A stretch of 64,000 nt of DNA from Nitrospirota bacterium (GCA_035623825.1 DASPSR010000022.1:64001-128000); one strand, 5' to 3'. Shown: positions 18,758 through 29,233, numbered from the stretch's first letter. The notes: generated from the sequence alone by a model not told the origin. Program-made: numbers and translations.

Positions 18758-20461
18758 ATGTCTCTTTTGGGCTTTTGGAGAAGACACTACCGGGACATAC
18801 CCAGGATCAGGCAGATTATCATGGTGGCGTCCCGGCACGGGTTCGGCCATGTCGTGGAGCAGCTCGGCCTGCAGCGGTTCATCTCCGTCGGCAGGCGGGT
18901 ACTGACGTTCAAGCAGCCCCTCCCAGAACACCGGCTGAACGCGCCGGAACGGCTACGACTCGTATTCGAGGAACTGGGTCCCTCCTTCATCAAACTCGGG
19001 CAGGTGCTGGCCTGCAGGCCGGACATGATGCCCATAGAGTATGCCCAGGAACTTGTCAAGCTTACCGACTCAGTCTCTCCCTTTCCATACGATGATGTCA
19101 AGACGATCATCGAAAAAGATCTAGGCGCGCCCATAGAGCAGGTCTTTGCGCAGTTCGACCGAGTCCCCATCGCGGCTGCGTCAATCGCACAAGTCCACAG
19201 GGCGGTTCTCAGCGACGGCACCGAAGTGATAGTCAAGGTCCAGCGGCCCAACATCGACCGGATCATCTCACGGGACATCAGCATTCTGCGCGGACTCGCC
19301 GAACTCATCGAGATGTACGTCCCTGATGTGGCCGTTTACAATCCCAAGGGCATCGTCGAGGAGTTTGCGCGAACCATAAGCCGGGAGATGGATTTCTTCA
19401 TAGAAGCCTCGAACGCCGCGCAACTCAGGAAAAACTTCGAGAAGAGCGACATCCTCTACATTCCCGAGGTCCATGCCGATCTGTCGAGCAAGCGGGTGAT
19501 GGTCCTGGAGAAACTCGAGGGTGTCCGCATCGATGATTTTGGCGCCATAGAACGCATGGGTTTCGACCGCGGGGAGCTATCAAAGAAGGGTGCCGCTGCT
19601 TTCTTCCAGATGGTCTTCCAGGACGGGTTCTTCCATGCAGATCCCCATCCCGGCAACATCTTCGTGCTCAATGACGGACGGCTAGCCCTTGTCGATTTCG
19701 GGATCGTGGGGAGGGTGAGCGAGGAAAATATGGAATACTTCGCCAACTCCTTTCTGGCCCTGGTGAACCACGATTATGATGCCTTGGTCCGGCAGTACGT
19801 GAACCTGGGATTCGTTTCGGACGAGGTGGTTGACCTCGAACGCTTCCAGCGGGAGCTCAAGGAGGACTTTACGGAGCTTCTCGAACCTTATTACGGGATG
19901 AAGGTGAGGCAGATCGATTTTGGGGCCTACGTGGACCGTGTGACCCATATCCTCCTCCGGTACCACCTGCGTCTTCCGCAGAACCTGTACCTCATCGACA
20001 AGGCGCTCATAACGCTGGAAGGCATATTGAGGCAGCTCGATCCCGAGTTTGACTATATCGAGGCCGCGAGGCCCTACGTGGCGGACCTGATCCGCAAACG
20101 CCACAGTCCCTTCAGGTACGCCCGGACCATGCAGAAAAACGTGGCGGAAATTTCCGACATGGTATCCCAAATGCCGCGCCAGCTGCGGAACGTGGTCAGG
20201 AAGATCCTGCGGAACGACGTCCACATGATCCTTCATCACGAGGGACTCCAGCACTTGATTCGGGACCTGGACAAGGCGAGCAACCGAATCGCGTTCAGCG
20301 TCATAACCGCTGCAATAATCATGGCGTCCTCCATCATCATCCATTCGGGGGCGGGGCCGACGCTCTTCGGTCTGCCGACGTTCGGGCTGATCGGGTATGT
20401 AATTGCTGCGCTCTTCGGGATATGGATCCTCATCGGCATCCTGCGGTCGGGGCAGCTGTAG
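18758..20461 (+). CDS. AarF/ABC1/UbiB-family atypical kinase
   Basis: EELGPSFIKLGQ, AAASIAQVH, VKVQRP, FFHADPHPGN, DFGIVG. Confidence 0.93.
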   Translation: MSLLGFWRRHYRDIPRIRQIIMVASRHGFGHVVEQLGLQRFISVGRRVLTFKQPLPEHRLNAPERLRLVFEELGPSFIKLGQVLACRPDMMPIEYAQELVKLTDSVSPFPYDDVKTIIEKDLGAPIEQVFAQFDRVPIAAASIAQVHRAVLSDGTEVIVKVQRPNIDRIISRDISILRGLAELIEMYVPDVAVYNPKGIVEEFARTISREMDFFIEASNAAQLRKNFEKSDILYIPEVHADLSSKRVMVLEKLEGVRIDDFGAIERMGFDRGELSKKGAAAFFQMVFQDGFFHADPHPGNIFVLNDGRLALVDFGIVGRVSEENMEYFANSFLALVNHDYDALVRQYVNLGFVSDEVVDLERFQRELKEDFTELLEPYYGMKVRQIDFGAYVDRVTHILLRYHLRLPQNLYLIDKALITLEGILRQLDPEFDYIEAARPYVADLIRKRHSPFRYARTMQKNVAEISDMVSQMPRQLRNVVRKILRNDVHMILHHEGLQHLIRDLDKASNRIAFSVITAAIIMASSIIIHSGAGPTLFGLPTFGLIGYVIAALFGIWILIGILRSGQL

Positions 20462-20474
20462 GTAAGAAATCTGC

Positions 20475-21572
20475 ATGGAGAAGGAAAGACCACAAAAGGC
20501 ATTGATCTCCCGATGGTTGGGCGTCCAGAAATGGGTCAAGAAACACCCGTGGCCGTCGTTCCTGATTGCCACGATCATGCTCACAGTCATTGTCCATTTT
20601 TATATTGCCCTGTTCGTCCCCCCGTCAAGGGAAAAGGTGTGGGTTGAAGTTCAGGTGACCGAAGGCATGAGTTTCAAGGCTATTGCGGGCATGCTCCAGA
20701 AAGAGGGCATTATCCGCTACCGCGGGTATTTCGAGATCATCGGCAGGCTCCAAGGCATCAGCCGCAAGGTGCGTCTGGGCTATTACGGGATGAACACGAA
20801 CATGAGCATGTGGGAGGTGCTGGAGGCTCTCAGGAAAGGCAAGATCATCGAGTACGAGATCGTGGTCCCCGAGGGATACAATCTTTATCAGATTGGATGG
20901 ACACTAACCGGCACACCCCTCATCTCCGATCCGCAGGAGTTCATCAACCTGGTGAAGAACAAGGACTACGTCCATTCACTCGGCGTTGATGCCGATACGC
21001 TCGAGGGTTACCTGTACCCGGACACCTACTTTTTCCCCAAAGGCATCAGACTCGAGGATATCCCGAAGAAGATGGTTCAGCGCTACAAGGCAGTGTTTGA
21101 CGACAGCTACCGCGCCCGGGCGAAGGAACTCGGGTTTACCGAGCAGCAGATCATTACGCTGGCCTCGATTGTGGAGAAAGAGGCCAAAGTGGCTTCTGAG
21201 CGAAAGCTCATCTCCGCGGTGTACCACAACCGGTTAAGGAAGGGCATGAGGCTTCAGGCAGACCCGACAGCTGTTTACGGGACCAAGGCATGGGTCACGA
21301 AAGTATCGGCGCAGGATCTCAAGCGGCATTCCCCGTACAACACGTATCTCCACAAGGGCTTACCGCCCGGGCCAATCGCAAACCCCGGCCAAGGCGCAAT
21401 CCTCGCTGCGCTGTATCCTGAACCCGTGGACTATCTCTTCTTCGTGGCGCAGGGCGATGGAAGCCACTATTTCACCACGGATTTCAATGCGCATACGAAG
21501 GCTGTGGACAGATATCGGTCGAATAAGAGGAAGGCAAGGCAGCAGGCGCTCATGAAGAAGAAACAGGATTGA
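20475..21572 (+). CDS. mltG: Endolytic transglycosylase MltG
   Basis: N-terminal TM, LEGYLYPDTY, LASIVEKEA, LQADPT, SPYNTY..GLPPGPIANPG. Confidence 0.95.
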   Translation: MEKERPQKALISRWLGVQKWVKKHPWPSFLIATIMLTVIVHFYIALFVPPSREKVWVEVQVTEGMSFKAIAGMLQKEGIIRYRGYFEIIGRLQGISRKVRLGYYGMNTNMSMWEVLEALRKGKIIEYEIVVPEGYNLYQIGWTLTGTPLISDPQEFINLVKNKDYVHSLGVDADTLEGYLYPDTYFFPKGIRLEDIPKKMVQRYKAVFDDSYRARAKELGFTEQQIITLASIVEKEAKVASERKLISAVYHNRLRKGMRLQADPTAVYGTKAWVTKVSAQDLKRHSPYNTYLHKGLPPGPIANPGQGAILAALYPEPVDYLFFVAQGDGSHYFTTDFNAHTKAVDRYRSNKRKARQQALMKKKQD

Positions 21573-21573
21573 G

Positions 21574-21978
21574 CTATTCGATGCGGACCATGAAGGCAGA
21601 GAACGCGGGCAGAGAAAGCATCTTTTTCTTCAGCCCCTCGATTTCGAATTTCCCATAGGCCATCGAGTTGTCGTAGAGCTTGATGGTCTTTCTCTTCGTA
21701 TCGATTTCGTATTTTCCGCCGCCGGCGACCGACCACGCACGATCGGGGATGACGTACCGCTTGCCTTCGGAGTCATAGAACCCCTCAACTCCCTTATCGA
21801 GACAGAACCGCTCAACGATGTTGGCATGATACTTCGTGAACTCCTTGGGCGAGAAGACAAGATATTCCGTGGCCTCGTTCCGGATCTGGACGAACTTGCC
21901 GCTCATCACCGGAGGGACCTCGGTGCGCGCGATCGCCTTGTAGTACAGATGCGCGTAATCAATGATCACCATGGTCAT
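21574..21978 (-). CDS. Hypothetical protein resembling Janus/Ocnus (PHPT1) phosphohistidine phosphatases
   Basis: GKFVQIR, YHANI, GGGK, KTIKLYDNSMAYG occur in the same order as the PHPT1 motifs. Confidence 0.6.
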   Translation of the reverse strand: MTMVIIDYAHLYYKAIARTEVPPVMSGKFVQIRNEATEYLVFSPKEFTKYHANIVERFCLDKGVEGFYDSEGKRYVIPDRAWSVAGGGKYEIDTKRKTIKLYDNSMAYGKFEIEGLKKKMLSLPAFSAFMVRIE

Positions 21979-22049
21979 AATGATATTATAACCCTATTCC
22001 CCGAACTCCCCGATGCATGAAAACTGCGTGCAGCAGGAGTTTGAGCAAT

Positions 22050-22904
22050 CTACTCCCGCTGCCTCGGGTCGAGGGCATCGCGGATGCCTTCGCCGAGGAG
22101 GTTGTAACCGAGCACGGTGATGAGGATCGCGAGGCCGGGGAAAGCCGAGAGCCACCAGGCAATCTCTATATTGTCCTTGCCCGAGGAGAGCAGACTGCCC
22201 CAGCTCGGCGTAGGCGGCTGAACGCCGAGTCCGAGGAAGCTCAACGCCGACTCGATAAGGATGGCTCCGCCGATGCCCAGGGTCGCTGACACGAGAATGG
22301 GCGAGAGCCCGTTCGGCAGAACGTGCTTCATGATGATGCGTCTGTCGGAGGAGCCTATGGCGCGGGCGGCGATCACGAATTCCCGCTCCTTAAGAGATAT
22401 GAACTCCGCACGGATGAGCCGGGCCGGCTCCATCCAGCTCGTAAGCCCGATCACGGCCATGATGTTGATGATGTTCGGCTCGAGGATTGCAATGACGGCC
22501 AGCACCAGAAAAATCGTCGGGATGCTCAGCATGATGTCGACTGCCCGCATGATGAGGCTGTCGACCCAACCGCCGTAGTAGCCTGCAATCGAGCCCAGAA
22601 GGATGCCTATGACTGTGGCAATCCCGACGGCTACGAACCCTACCTCAAGAGAGATCCTTCCGCCCCAGAGCATGCGAGAAAGCACGTCCCTGCCCAGGTC
22701 GTCGGTTCCGAGCGGGTGCGATATGCTCGGCCCGACGAGGATGTTTTTGATGTCGATGGTGGATGGGCTATAAGGGGCGATCAGCGGCGCAAATATGGAC
22801 AGGATGAAGACGAGCAGCACCAGTATCCCGCCAATGACGGCAAGCCGGTTCTTCATGAGGTAATGAAAAGTTTGGGAGGTGAAGGACTCAGAGCTGATCG
22901 CCAT
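22050..22904 (-). CDS. Oligopeptide/dipeptide ABC transporter permease (OppC/DppC)
   Basis: HPLGTDDLGRD, EREFVIAARAIG, LSFLGLGVQPPTPSWG. Confidence 0.93.
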   Translation of the reverse strand: MAISSESFTSQTFHYLMKNRLAVIGGILVLLVFILSIFAPLIAPYSPSTIDIKNILVGPSISHPLGTDDLGRDVLSRMLWGGRISLEVGFVAVGIATVIGILLGSIAGYYGGWVDSLIMRAVDIMLSIPTIFLVLAVIAILEPNIINIMAVIGLTSWMEPARLIRAEFISLKEREFVIAARAIGSSDRRIIMKHVLPNGLSPILVSATLGIGGAILIESALSFLGLGVQPPTPSWGSLLSSGKDNIEIAWWLSAFPGLAILITVLGYNLLGEGIRDALDPRQRE

Positions 22905-23077
22905 TCGTACTCCTGTTTCTTATCTTAACGCCGGCGGATGCCCGGCATGCGTGTCAGACCTGCGGCTGTAGCATGAAATCCTGGCCATGAATTACCGCCT
23001 TCCAGGATAGAAAGCGCAGGCCAGGATCTAAGGTCCGCATGCGATATATTGCGCTTCGAGCTTGATATGTGCGCGTG

Positions 23078-24049
23078 TCAACGCAATCTCACCCTCGGGT
23101 CCGTAAAGGCATACGCAATATCGGCAAGGAAATTGCCGAGCATCGTCAGAAATGCCGCCGGCACGAGGATTCCCATAGCGAGGTTGTAGTCGCGCGAGAA
23201 TACCGCCTGATACAGGAGCAGGCCCATGCCGGGGATACTGAAGACCGTTTCCATGATTACGCTGCCGCCAATGATGCCGGGGAGCGAGAGGCCGAGAATG
23301 GTGATCACGGGCATGAGCGCGTTCCTGAGCGCGTGCTTGTAAATGATTATTTTTTCCGGAAGTCCCTTGGCCCAAGCGGTACGAATGTAGTCCTGGCGCA
23401 ATACCTCGAGCATGTTGTTCCGGACGTAGCGTGAGAACCCTGCCAGCCCGCCGAAGGCCGATACAAGGACCGGCAGGATCAGGTGCCTACCCCAGTCCGA
23501 AATCCTGCCCCAGAACGTCAGGCTTGCCGTATCCAGGCTCTGGATGCCCGAAATGGGAAGCAAGCCCCATTGCACGCCGAGCATGTAGATCAGCAGGAGT
23601 GCGAGCCAGAACGAGGGCGTGGAAAAACCTACAAAGACGAAGACTGTCGTGAACCGATCAATGAACGAGTATTGTCGTGTTGCTGACATGATGCCGATAG
23701 GTATCGCGATCAGGAGTACGAGCCCGAGGGAGAGCAGGTTGATCGTGAGCGTGATCGGAAGGCGTTCCAAGATCTTGTCCTTGACCTTGCGTCCATCGGC
23801 AAAGGCCTCGCCGAAATCAAGTGTTATGAACTTCTTGAGCCACGTGGCATACTGTTTGTAGAAGGGTTGGTCCGCGCCGTAGAGTTTCCTGAGACGCTCC
23901 CGGGCTTCGGCCGACGCCTTGGCCGAGAACTCCATCTGCGCCTCGGCAGGCCCCCCCGGCGCGAGGCGCATGATGCCGAAGCTCAGCACCGTGATGCCGA
24001 GCAGGATGGGGATCATCAGGAGCGTGCGTTTTATGATGTAGATGAACAT
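23078..24049 (-). CDS. Oligopeptide/dipeptide ABC transporter permease (OppB/DppB)
   Basis: LAPGGP, DYIRTAWAKGL, HALRNALMP, ETVFSIPGMG, DPRVR. Confidence 0.93.
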   Translation of the reverse strand: MFIYIIKRTLLMIPILLGITVLSFGIMRLAPGGPAEAQMEFSAKASAEARERLRKLYGADQPFYKQYATWLKKFITLDFGEAFADGRKVKDKILERLPITLTINLLSLGLVLLIAIPIGIMSATRQYSFIDRFTTVFVFVGFSTPSFWLALLLIYMLGVQWGLLPISGIQSLDTASLTFWGRISDWGRHLILPVLVSAFGGLAGFSRYVRNNMLEVLRQDYIRTAWAKGLPEKIIIYKHALRNALMPVITILGLSLPGIIGGSVIMETVFSIPGMGLLLYQAVFSRDYNLAMGILVPAAFLTMLGNFLADIAYAFTDPRVRLR

Positions 24050-24061
24050 TGGGCCGGCGAT

Positions 24062-24316
24062 CTATCCAGTGACCTTGTACACGAGGTCGAAGGGCTTGAC
24101 AGGATGGGAGAGCTTTATGCCGGTGAACTGGCCGCGGATGGCTTTCTGCACTGGCTGATGGTCGAACTCCATCATTTCAATCTTCTGAGTGAAGTCGGAA
24201 CTGCTCCCCTTGATGCGGACGGTATCGCCCACGGAAAGGTCGCCGAACTCCAGTTTGACCGCCGCGACGGATGTTTTTTCGAAAAACCGTATCACTGACC
24301 CGATCCGCTCTTCCAT
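24062..24316 (-). CDS. Small translation-factor-like beta-barrel protein (U32 peptidase C-terminal-like)
   Basis: IG.V..FF.K..VAAV, L.VGD.V.IKG..DFTQ, G...GIK..V..DLVYKV. Confidence 0.65.
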   Translation of the reverse strand: MEERIGSVIRFFEKTSVAAVKLEFGDLSVGDTVRIKGSSSDFTQKIEMMEFDHQPVQKAIRGQFTGIKLSHPVKPFDLVYKVTG

Positions 24317-24439
24317 AGCCGTAATCATAGTATAAAATACGCGGTATTACAAGAGAAAAGCTGTTTGAACGGACGAAAATCGTGTGGAAGTTCTGTCTCT
24401 GTGAAAGGGGAAAATGTATATTCTTCGGATATATAGAGC

Positions 24440-24468
24440 TTGACAACACTAGGCGGCGTGAGTATTAT
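24440..24468 (+). promoter_or_regulatory. sigma70 promoter P1 of the tRNA operon
   Basis: TTGACA-17 bp-TATTAT. Confidence 0.7.
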
Positions 24469-24569
24469 CAAGTTGCGCCGTAAAAAACCTCTGTCGCTCC
24501 GACGGGATAGAAGGCGCTGATTTTCTATTTGCTCTTTAACTGCCCGTTAGCTATATATATTTACCATCT

Positions 24570-24583
24570 TGTTCTTTGACAAT
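24570..24583 (+). promoter_or_regulatory. boxA-like antitermination element in the tRNA operon leader
   Basis: TGTTCTTTGACAAT, compared with rrn boxA TGCTCTTTAACAAT; a second copy TGCTCTTTAAC at 24530-24540. Confidence 0.5.
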
Positions 24584-24683
24584 CAGCATGGCGTTGACTG
24601 TCAGGCGTGGTTGACGGAGAAAGACTGTCGACATCAAAGGAGCTGCGGGTCAGGGATAAGCGGTAAACAGCGGTAAGGTACCT

Positions 24684-24760
24684 CGGGGCGTGGCGCAGCC
24701 CGGTAGCGCGTCTGCTTTGGGAGCAGAAAGCCGGAGGTTCAAATCCTCTCGCCCCGACCA
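24684..24760 (+). tRNA. tRNA-Pro(TGG)
   Basis: Cloverleaf CGGGGCG...CGCCCCGACCA; anticodon loop TTTGGGA. Confidence 0.97.
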
Positions 24761-24823
24761 GTTATTGCTCATGGCCCATAGTCGAGGTTCATAGCTATGA
24801 GCTTCAGAGCAATGAACTCACGT

Positions 24824-24900
24824 GCGCCTGTAGCTCAGGTGGATAGAGCAACAGCCTTCTAAGCTGTGGGTCAGGGGTTCGAATCCCTTCAGGCGCGCCA
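24824..24900 (+). tRNA. tRNA-Arg(TCT)
   Basis: GCGCCTG...CAGGCGCGCCA; loop CTTCTAA. Confidence 0.97.
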
Positions 24901-25002
24901 TAATACTGAGAAAATTAAATAGAAAAGTCCGTGATTTTAAGGTATCATTTATATCAATCGCGCTTTCTTGATTTTTTGCATTTTTTCACATTGGTTTCAC
25001 AT

Positions 25003-25079
25003 GGTGGGCGTAGCTCAGCTGGTAGAGCACAAGGTTGTGGCCCTTGTGGCCGCGGGTTCGAGCCCCGTCGCTCACCCCA
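25003..25079 (+). tRNA. tRNA-His(GTG)
   Basis: G-1 present; loop TTGTGGC; ends CACCCCA. Confidence 0.96.
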
Positions 25080-25087
25080 ATTTTATG

Positions 25088-25116
25088 AGTGAGACGGCCA
25101 GTCGGGCCGTCTCACT
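25088..25116. repeat. Perfect 12-bp inverted repeat in a tRNA spacer
   Basis: AGTGAGACGGCC...GGCCGTCTCACT. Confidence 0.7.
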
Positions 25117-25134
25117 GTTTATACGGTAGATTCC

Positions 25135-25211
<77 letters not shown>

Positions 25212-25280
25212 AGTAATTGCATGGCTGCCAGCCCTGTTCCCGTTGTTCAGAACAATACGCTATCTGTTTTGATCTAAGTT

Positions 25281-25357
25281 GCGCCCGTAGCTCAGTTGGA
25301 TAGAGTGTCGGCCTCCGAAGCCGAAGGTCGTGGGTTCGACTCCCGCCGGGCGCGCCA
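25281..25357 (+). tRNA. tRNA-Arg(CCG)
   Basis: GCGCCCG...CGGGCGCGCCA; loop CTCCGAA. Confidence 0.96.
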
Positions 25358-25384
25358 TAAGATCCACAAGAAACAGAAAAGAGA

Positions 25385-25530
25385 AGCTGCATTCGTCCCG
25401 TTAGGTCGTGGCGTCATGCGGGAAACCGCGGCATCGGGAATTTCAGAGTGGGTCTCTCTCGGCGTCGGGGACATGCCGGAGGGGACTGGCACGCCCTGGG
25501 AATCGTTCATGAGTAAATGAGTGTGTTCGG
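25385..25530 (+). ncRNA. Candidate multi-branched structured RNA (unassigned; strand uncertain)
   Basis: Nested helices with G-U pairs and a GAAA tetraloop hairpin; GC-rich island in a non-coding spacer. Confidence 0.3.
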
Positions 25531-25618
25531 CTCGTATCGGGTGCCGTTAATAATTGCAATATTGGGAATAAAAAAGGACTCAAGTCAGTTTCCTCGGGTT
25601 GAATCATTAATTTTCTTG

Positions 25619-25647
25619 TTGCATACAATAGCAAAGATAAGTATAAT
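25619..25647 (+). promoter_or_regulatory. sigma70 promoter for tRNA-Lys/tRNA-Leu/tig
   Basis: TTGCAT-17 bp-TATAAT. Confidence 0.65.
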
Positions 25648-25685
25648 ACACCCGCTTTTCACCCGGTTCTATCATCAATCGTTAC

Positions 25686-25761
<76 letters not shown>

Positions 25762-25840
25762 TAAAACTGTAAGGGAGCAGTGAGCAGCAGGCAGCGAGAT
25801 CATGAGCTGCTTATCGTTCACTGCTCTCTTTGTTCGTGCG

Positions 25841-25923
25841 GCGAGAGTGGCGGAACTGGCAGACGCGCCAGACTTAGGATCTGGTGGGCAACCGTGGGGG
25901 TTCAAGTCCCCCCTCTCGCACCA
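25841..25923 (+). tRNA. tRNA-Leu(TAG)
   Basis: GCGAGAG...CTCTCGCACCA; loop CTTAGGA; long variable arm. Confidence 0.96.
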
Positions 25924-26064
25924 CATATTCAAATAGACAGTGCAGAATGTAGGCCCTTGCTGCCGAGCGGCATATTGAAAATCCTGTCCCGACACATCTT
26001 CACGAATTAAAAATTCACTAGGCTCAGAAGACCCTATAGACTCTCAAGCATAAGGTGGTAGATC

Positions 26065-27345
26065 ATGAAAGTAGCCGTCGAAAACATCAGTCCGGTAAAG
26101 AAAAGACTCAATATCGAGATCGCACCAGATTCCGTCGCCAAAGAGATGGACAAGGCTATTTCGGATGTGGCGAAGAAGGCCAGGATCCCGGGATTCCGCC
26201 CAGGAAAGGCCCCAAGGGCGGTCGTGGAACGGCACTATGGGGAAGAGGTCCGGTCCGAGGTCATGAACCGTCTGATCTCAGATTCGTATTTGAGGGCGTT
26301 GCAGGAACACAATCTCAGCCCTGTTGACGTGCCCGCGATCGATAATGTTTCGTCTTTGGCAAAAGGCTCGCCGCTGAGCTTCACGGCTACCGTTGAGGTC
26401 CGGCCGAACATCGAACTCGGGATATACGACGGTATCGAGGTGAAGGAGAAGGACGTCACGGTCAATGACGAAGAGGTAAGCAAGACCATTGACCACCTCC
26501 GCGAAATGTATGCGCAGCTCGAGGTCGTTGAAGGACGACAGCTCGAAAAGACCGACACCGCGATCATCGACTTCGAGGGATACCGGGAAGGCAAGCCGAT
26601 TGACGGCGCCAAAGCGTCCGATTACATGCTGGCCTTGGGTACAAATACACTGATCCCCGGCTTCGAGGACCAGCTTGTCGGCATGGACAAGGGTGCGACG
26701 CGGGAGGTCCGGGTAACATTCCCCGCGGACTACAACAACAAGGACCTTGCCGGCAAGGACGCAACATTCAAGGTCACGCTCAAGGAGATCAAGAAAAAGA
26801 TAATTCCCGAGCTGAACGATGAGTTCGCTAAGGACATCGGCGGCAACAAATCCGTGGACGAATTGAAAGAAGGCATCAAGAAGGACCTCGAGGCCCGGAA
26901 ACGGGACGGTCTAGCATCGGCTCAGCGCGAGGAACTGCTGTCGAAGCTTGTGGACGCCCATACCTTCGATATTCCTTCCGGTATGGTGGATCGTGAACTG
27001 CAGGCCATGGCCCGTCAGCAGGCCACGCGCATTGCTCGTCAGGGAGGCGATGTGAAATCATTCGATATCTCCAAATTCCGCGAGGAGAACAGGTCGCTGG
27101 CGGAGAAGCGCGTCAAGGGACTGCTGATCCTCGACGCCATCTCTGAGAAAGAAAAGGTTGAAGTGAGCGAGCAGGAAGTCTCCTCCGCGCTTGCCGCTAT
27201 GGCCAGGACATCGGGCCAGTCAGTGGATGCGATCAAGAAATACTATGAATCGCTCGATGGCGGCCTGGACAACCTGAGTTCCTCGCTCAGACAGGAAAAG
27301 ACCCTCGGTCTCTTGCATTCTCGCGCAAAGAAGAGTTATAATTGA
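26065..27345 (+). CDS. tig: Trigger factor
   Basis: [10 protein letters not shown] ribosome-binding loop; FKBP domain [11 protein letters not shown]. Confidence 0.97.
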   Translation: MKVAVENISPVKKRLNIEIAPDSVAKEMDKAISDVAKKARIPGFRPGKAPRAVVERHYGEEVRSEVMNRLISDSYLRALQEHNLSPVDVPAIDNVSSLAKGSPLSFTATVEVRPNIELGIYDGIEVKEKDVTVNDEEVSKTIDHLREMYAQLEVVEGRQLEKTDTAIIDFEGYREGKPIDGAKASDYMLALGTNTLIPGFEDQLVGMDKGATREVRVTFPADYNNKDLAGKDATFKVTLKEIKKKIIPELNDEFAKDIGGNKSVDELKEGIKKDLEARKRDGLASAQREELLSKLVDAHTFDIPSGMVDRELQAMARQQATRIARQGGDVKSFDISKFREENRSLAEKRVKGLLILDAISEKEKVEVSEQEVSSALAAMARTSGQSVDAIKKYYESLDGGLDNLSSSLRQEKTLGLLHSRAKKSYN

Positions 27346-27377
27346 ATAAAAGAAAGACGTCAGGAGAAAATAACAAT

Positions 27378-27983
27378 ATGTCATTGATCCCCATGGTGAT
27401 CGAGCAGACAAGCCGCGGCGAGAGGGCGTATGATATTTATTCCCGGCTTCTCAAAGACCGCATCATATTCCTCGGTACGCCCATCGACGATATCGTCGCG
27501 AACACAGTGATTGCGCAGCTCCTGTTCCTCGAGGCGGACGACCCCGACAAAGATATCTATCTGTACATAAACTCGCCCGGGGGCATCGTCACGGCGGGAT
27601 TGGCGATCTACGACACAATGAACTATATCAAGTCGCCAGTCTCGACCATTTGCATCGGTCAGGCCGCAAGCATGGCGGCCTTGCTGCTGGCTTCCGGCAC
27701 CAAGACCAAGCGGTTTTCGCTTCCCCACGCCCGCGTCATGATCCATCAGCCGGTCGGCGGATTTCAGGGCCAGGCATCAGACATCGAGATCCACGCCAAG
27801 GAAATCCTGAAGCTCAAGGATACGCTCAACCAGATCCTCGCCAATCATTCGGGGCAGCCAATTGAAAAGATCGCGACCGATACCGAGCGTGATTTTTTCA
27901 TGTCCGGGGAGGACGCGAGGCAGTACGGCATTGTTGACGAGGTGATTACGAAGAAAGCTGCTCGCGGCACAAAGGAGAAGTGA
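27378..27983 (+). CDS. clpP: ATP-dependent Clp protease proteolytic subunit
   Basis: [31 protein letters not shown]. Confidence 0.98.
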   Translation: MSLIPMVIEQTSRGERAYDIYSRLLKDRIIFLGTPIDDIVANTVIAQLLFLEADDPDKDIYLYINSPGGIVTAGLAIYDTMNYIKSPVSTICIGQAASMAALLLASGTKTKRFSLPHARVMIHQPVGGFQGQASDIEIHAKEILKLKDTLNQILANHSGQPIEKIATDTERDFFMSGEDARQYGIVDEVITKKAARGTKEK

Positions 27984-27985
27984 CC

Positions 27986-29233
27986 ATGACAGACAAAGAG
28001 AAAAAAGAGCATGCCGCCCCGCTCAAGTGCTCATTCTGCGGCAAAGGTCAGGACGAGGTGAAGAAGCTCATTGCCGGCCCATCGGTATTCATCTGCAACG
28101 AGTGCGTCGACCTCTGCAACGAGATCATCGCAGAGGAGTGGGAGGAGGTAAAGGAAGCCAAGATACCCCGTCTGCCGAAGCCGGCGGAGATCAAGCGCAC
28201 CCTCGATGATTACGTGATCGGCCAGGAGCGCGCGAAGAAGATCCTGTCGGTTGCAGTGCATAACCACTACAAGCGGATCGGCGTTCAGCACGAGATCGGC
28301 GACGAGGTGGAACTCCAGAAGAGCAACATTCTCCTCATCGGCCCCACAGGCGTGGGCAAGACCCTGCTGGCGCAGACGCTGGCCCGTATCCTCGATGTCC
28401 CGTTCACCATCGCCGATGCCACCACGCTCACCGAGGCTGGGTACGTGGGCGAGGATGTGGAGAATATCATCCTCAAGCTCCTCCAGAACGCTAACTACGA
28501 CGTGGAGCGCGCGCAACGCGGCATTGTTTACATCGACGAGATCGACAAGATCAGCCGCAAGTCCGAGAGCCCTTCGATCACGCGCGATGTCTCCGGTGAG
28601 GGCGTGCAGCAAGCGCTGCTGAAGCTGATTGAGGGCACCGTAGCAAGTGTTCCGCCGCAGGGCGGCCGCAAGCATCCGCACCAGGAGTTCATCCAGGTAG
28701 ATACGAAGAACATCCTCTTCATCTGCGGCGGCGCGTTCGTCGGCCTTGATTCCATCATAGACCAGAGAATCGGCCAGAAGACCATGGGGTTCGGCGCCGA
28801 TATCCAGAGCAAAATGGAGCGGAAGCTGAGCGAGACGCTCTCCAACCTGCAGCCGGGAGACCTTCTCAAGTACGGGCTCATCCCGGAATTCATCGGCCGT
28901 ATGCCGGTCGTGGCCACACTCGAAGAGCTTGACGAAAATGCCCTGATCGACATCCTCACGCGTCCCAAGAACGCCCTCATCAAACAGTATCAGAAGCTTC
29001 TGGGGCTCGAGGGCTGCAAGCTGCGCTTTACCGATGGCGCGCTCGAAGCCGTGGCCAAGAAGGCAATCAGCCGGAAGACCGGTGCACGTGGTCTCCGCGC
29101 CATCCTCGAGGACGTCATGCTGAACGTAATGTACGATATCCCGTCCCAGCCCGGTATCAGAGAGTGCATCATCAACGAAGAGGTGATCAATGACGGAGCC
29201 GAGCCGCTGCTCATTTACGAGAAGATAGCCTAA
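27986..29233 (+). CDS. clpX: Clp protease ATP-binding subunit ClpX
   Basis: CSFCGK zinc-binding domain, [21 protein letters not shown]. Confidence 0.98.
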   Translation: MTDKEKKEHAAPLKCSFCGKGQDEVKKLIAGPSVFICNECVDLCNEIIAEEWEEVKEAKIPRLPKPAEIKRTLDDYVIGQERAKKILSVAVHNHYKRIGVQHEIGDEVELQKSNILLIGPTGVGKTLLAQTLARILDVPFTIADATTLTEAGYVGEDVENIILKLLQNANYDVERAQRGIVYIDEIDKISRKSESPSITRDVSGEGVQQALLKLIEGTVASVPPQGGRKHPHQEFIQVDTKNILFICGGAFVGLDSIIDQRIGQKTMGFGADIQSKMERKLSETLSNLQPGDLLKYGLIPEFIGRMPVVATLEELDENALIDILTRPKNALIKQYQKLLGLEGCKLRFTDGALEAVAKKAISRKTGARGLRAILEDVMLNVMYDIPSQPGIRECIINEEVINDGAEPLLIYEKIA

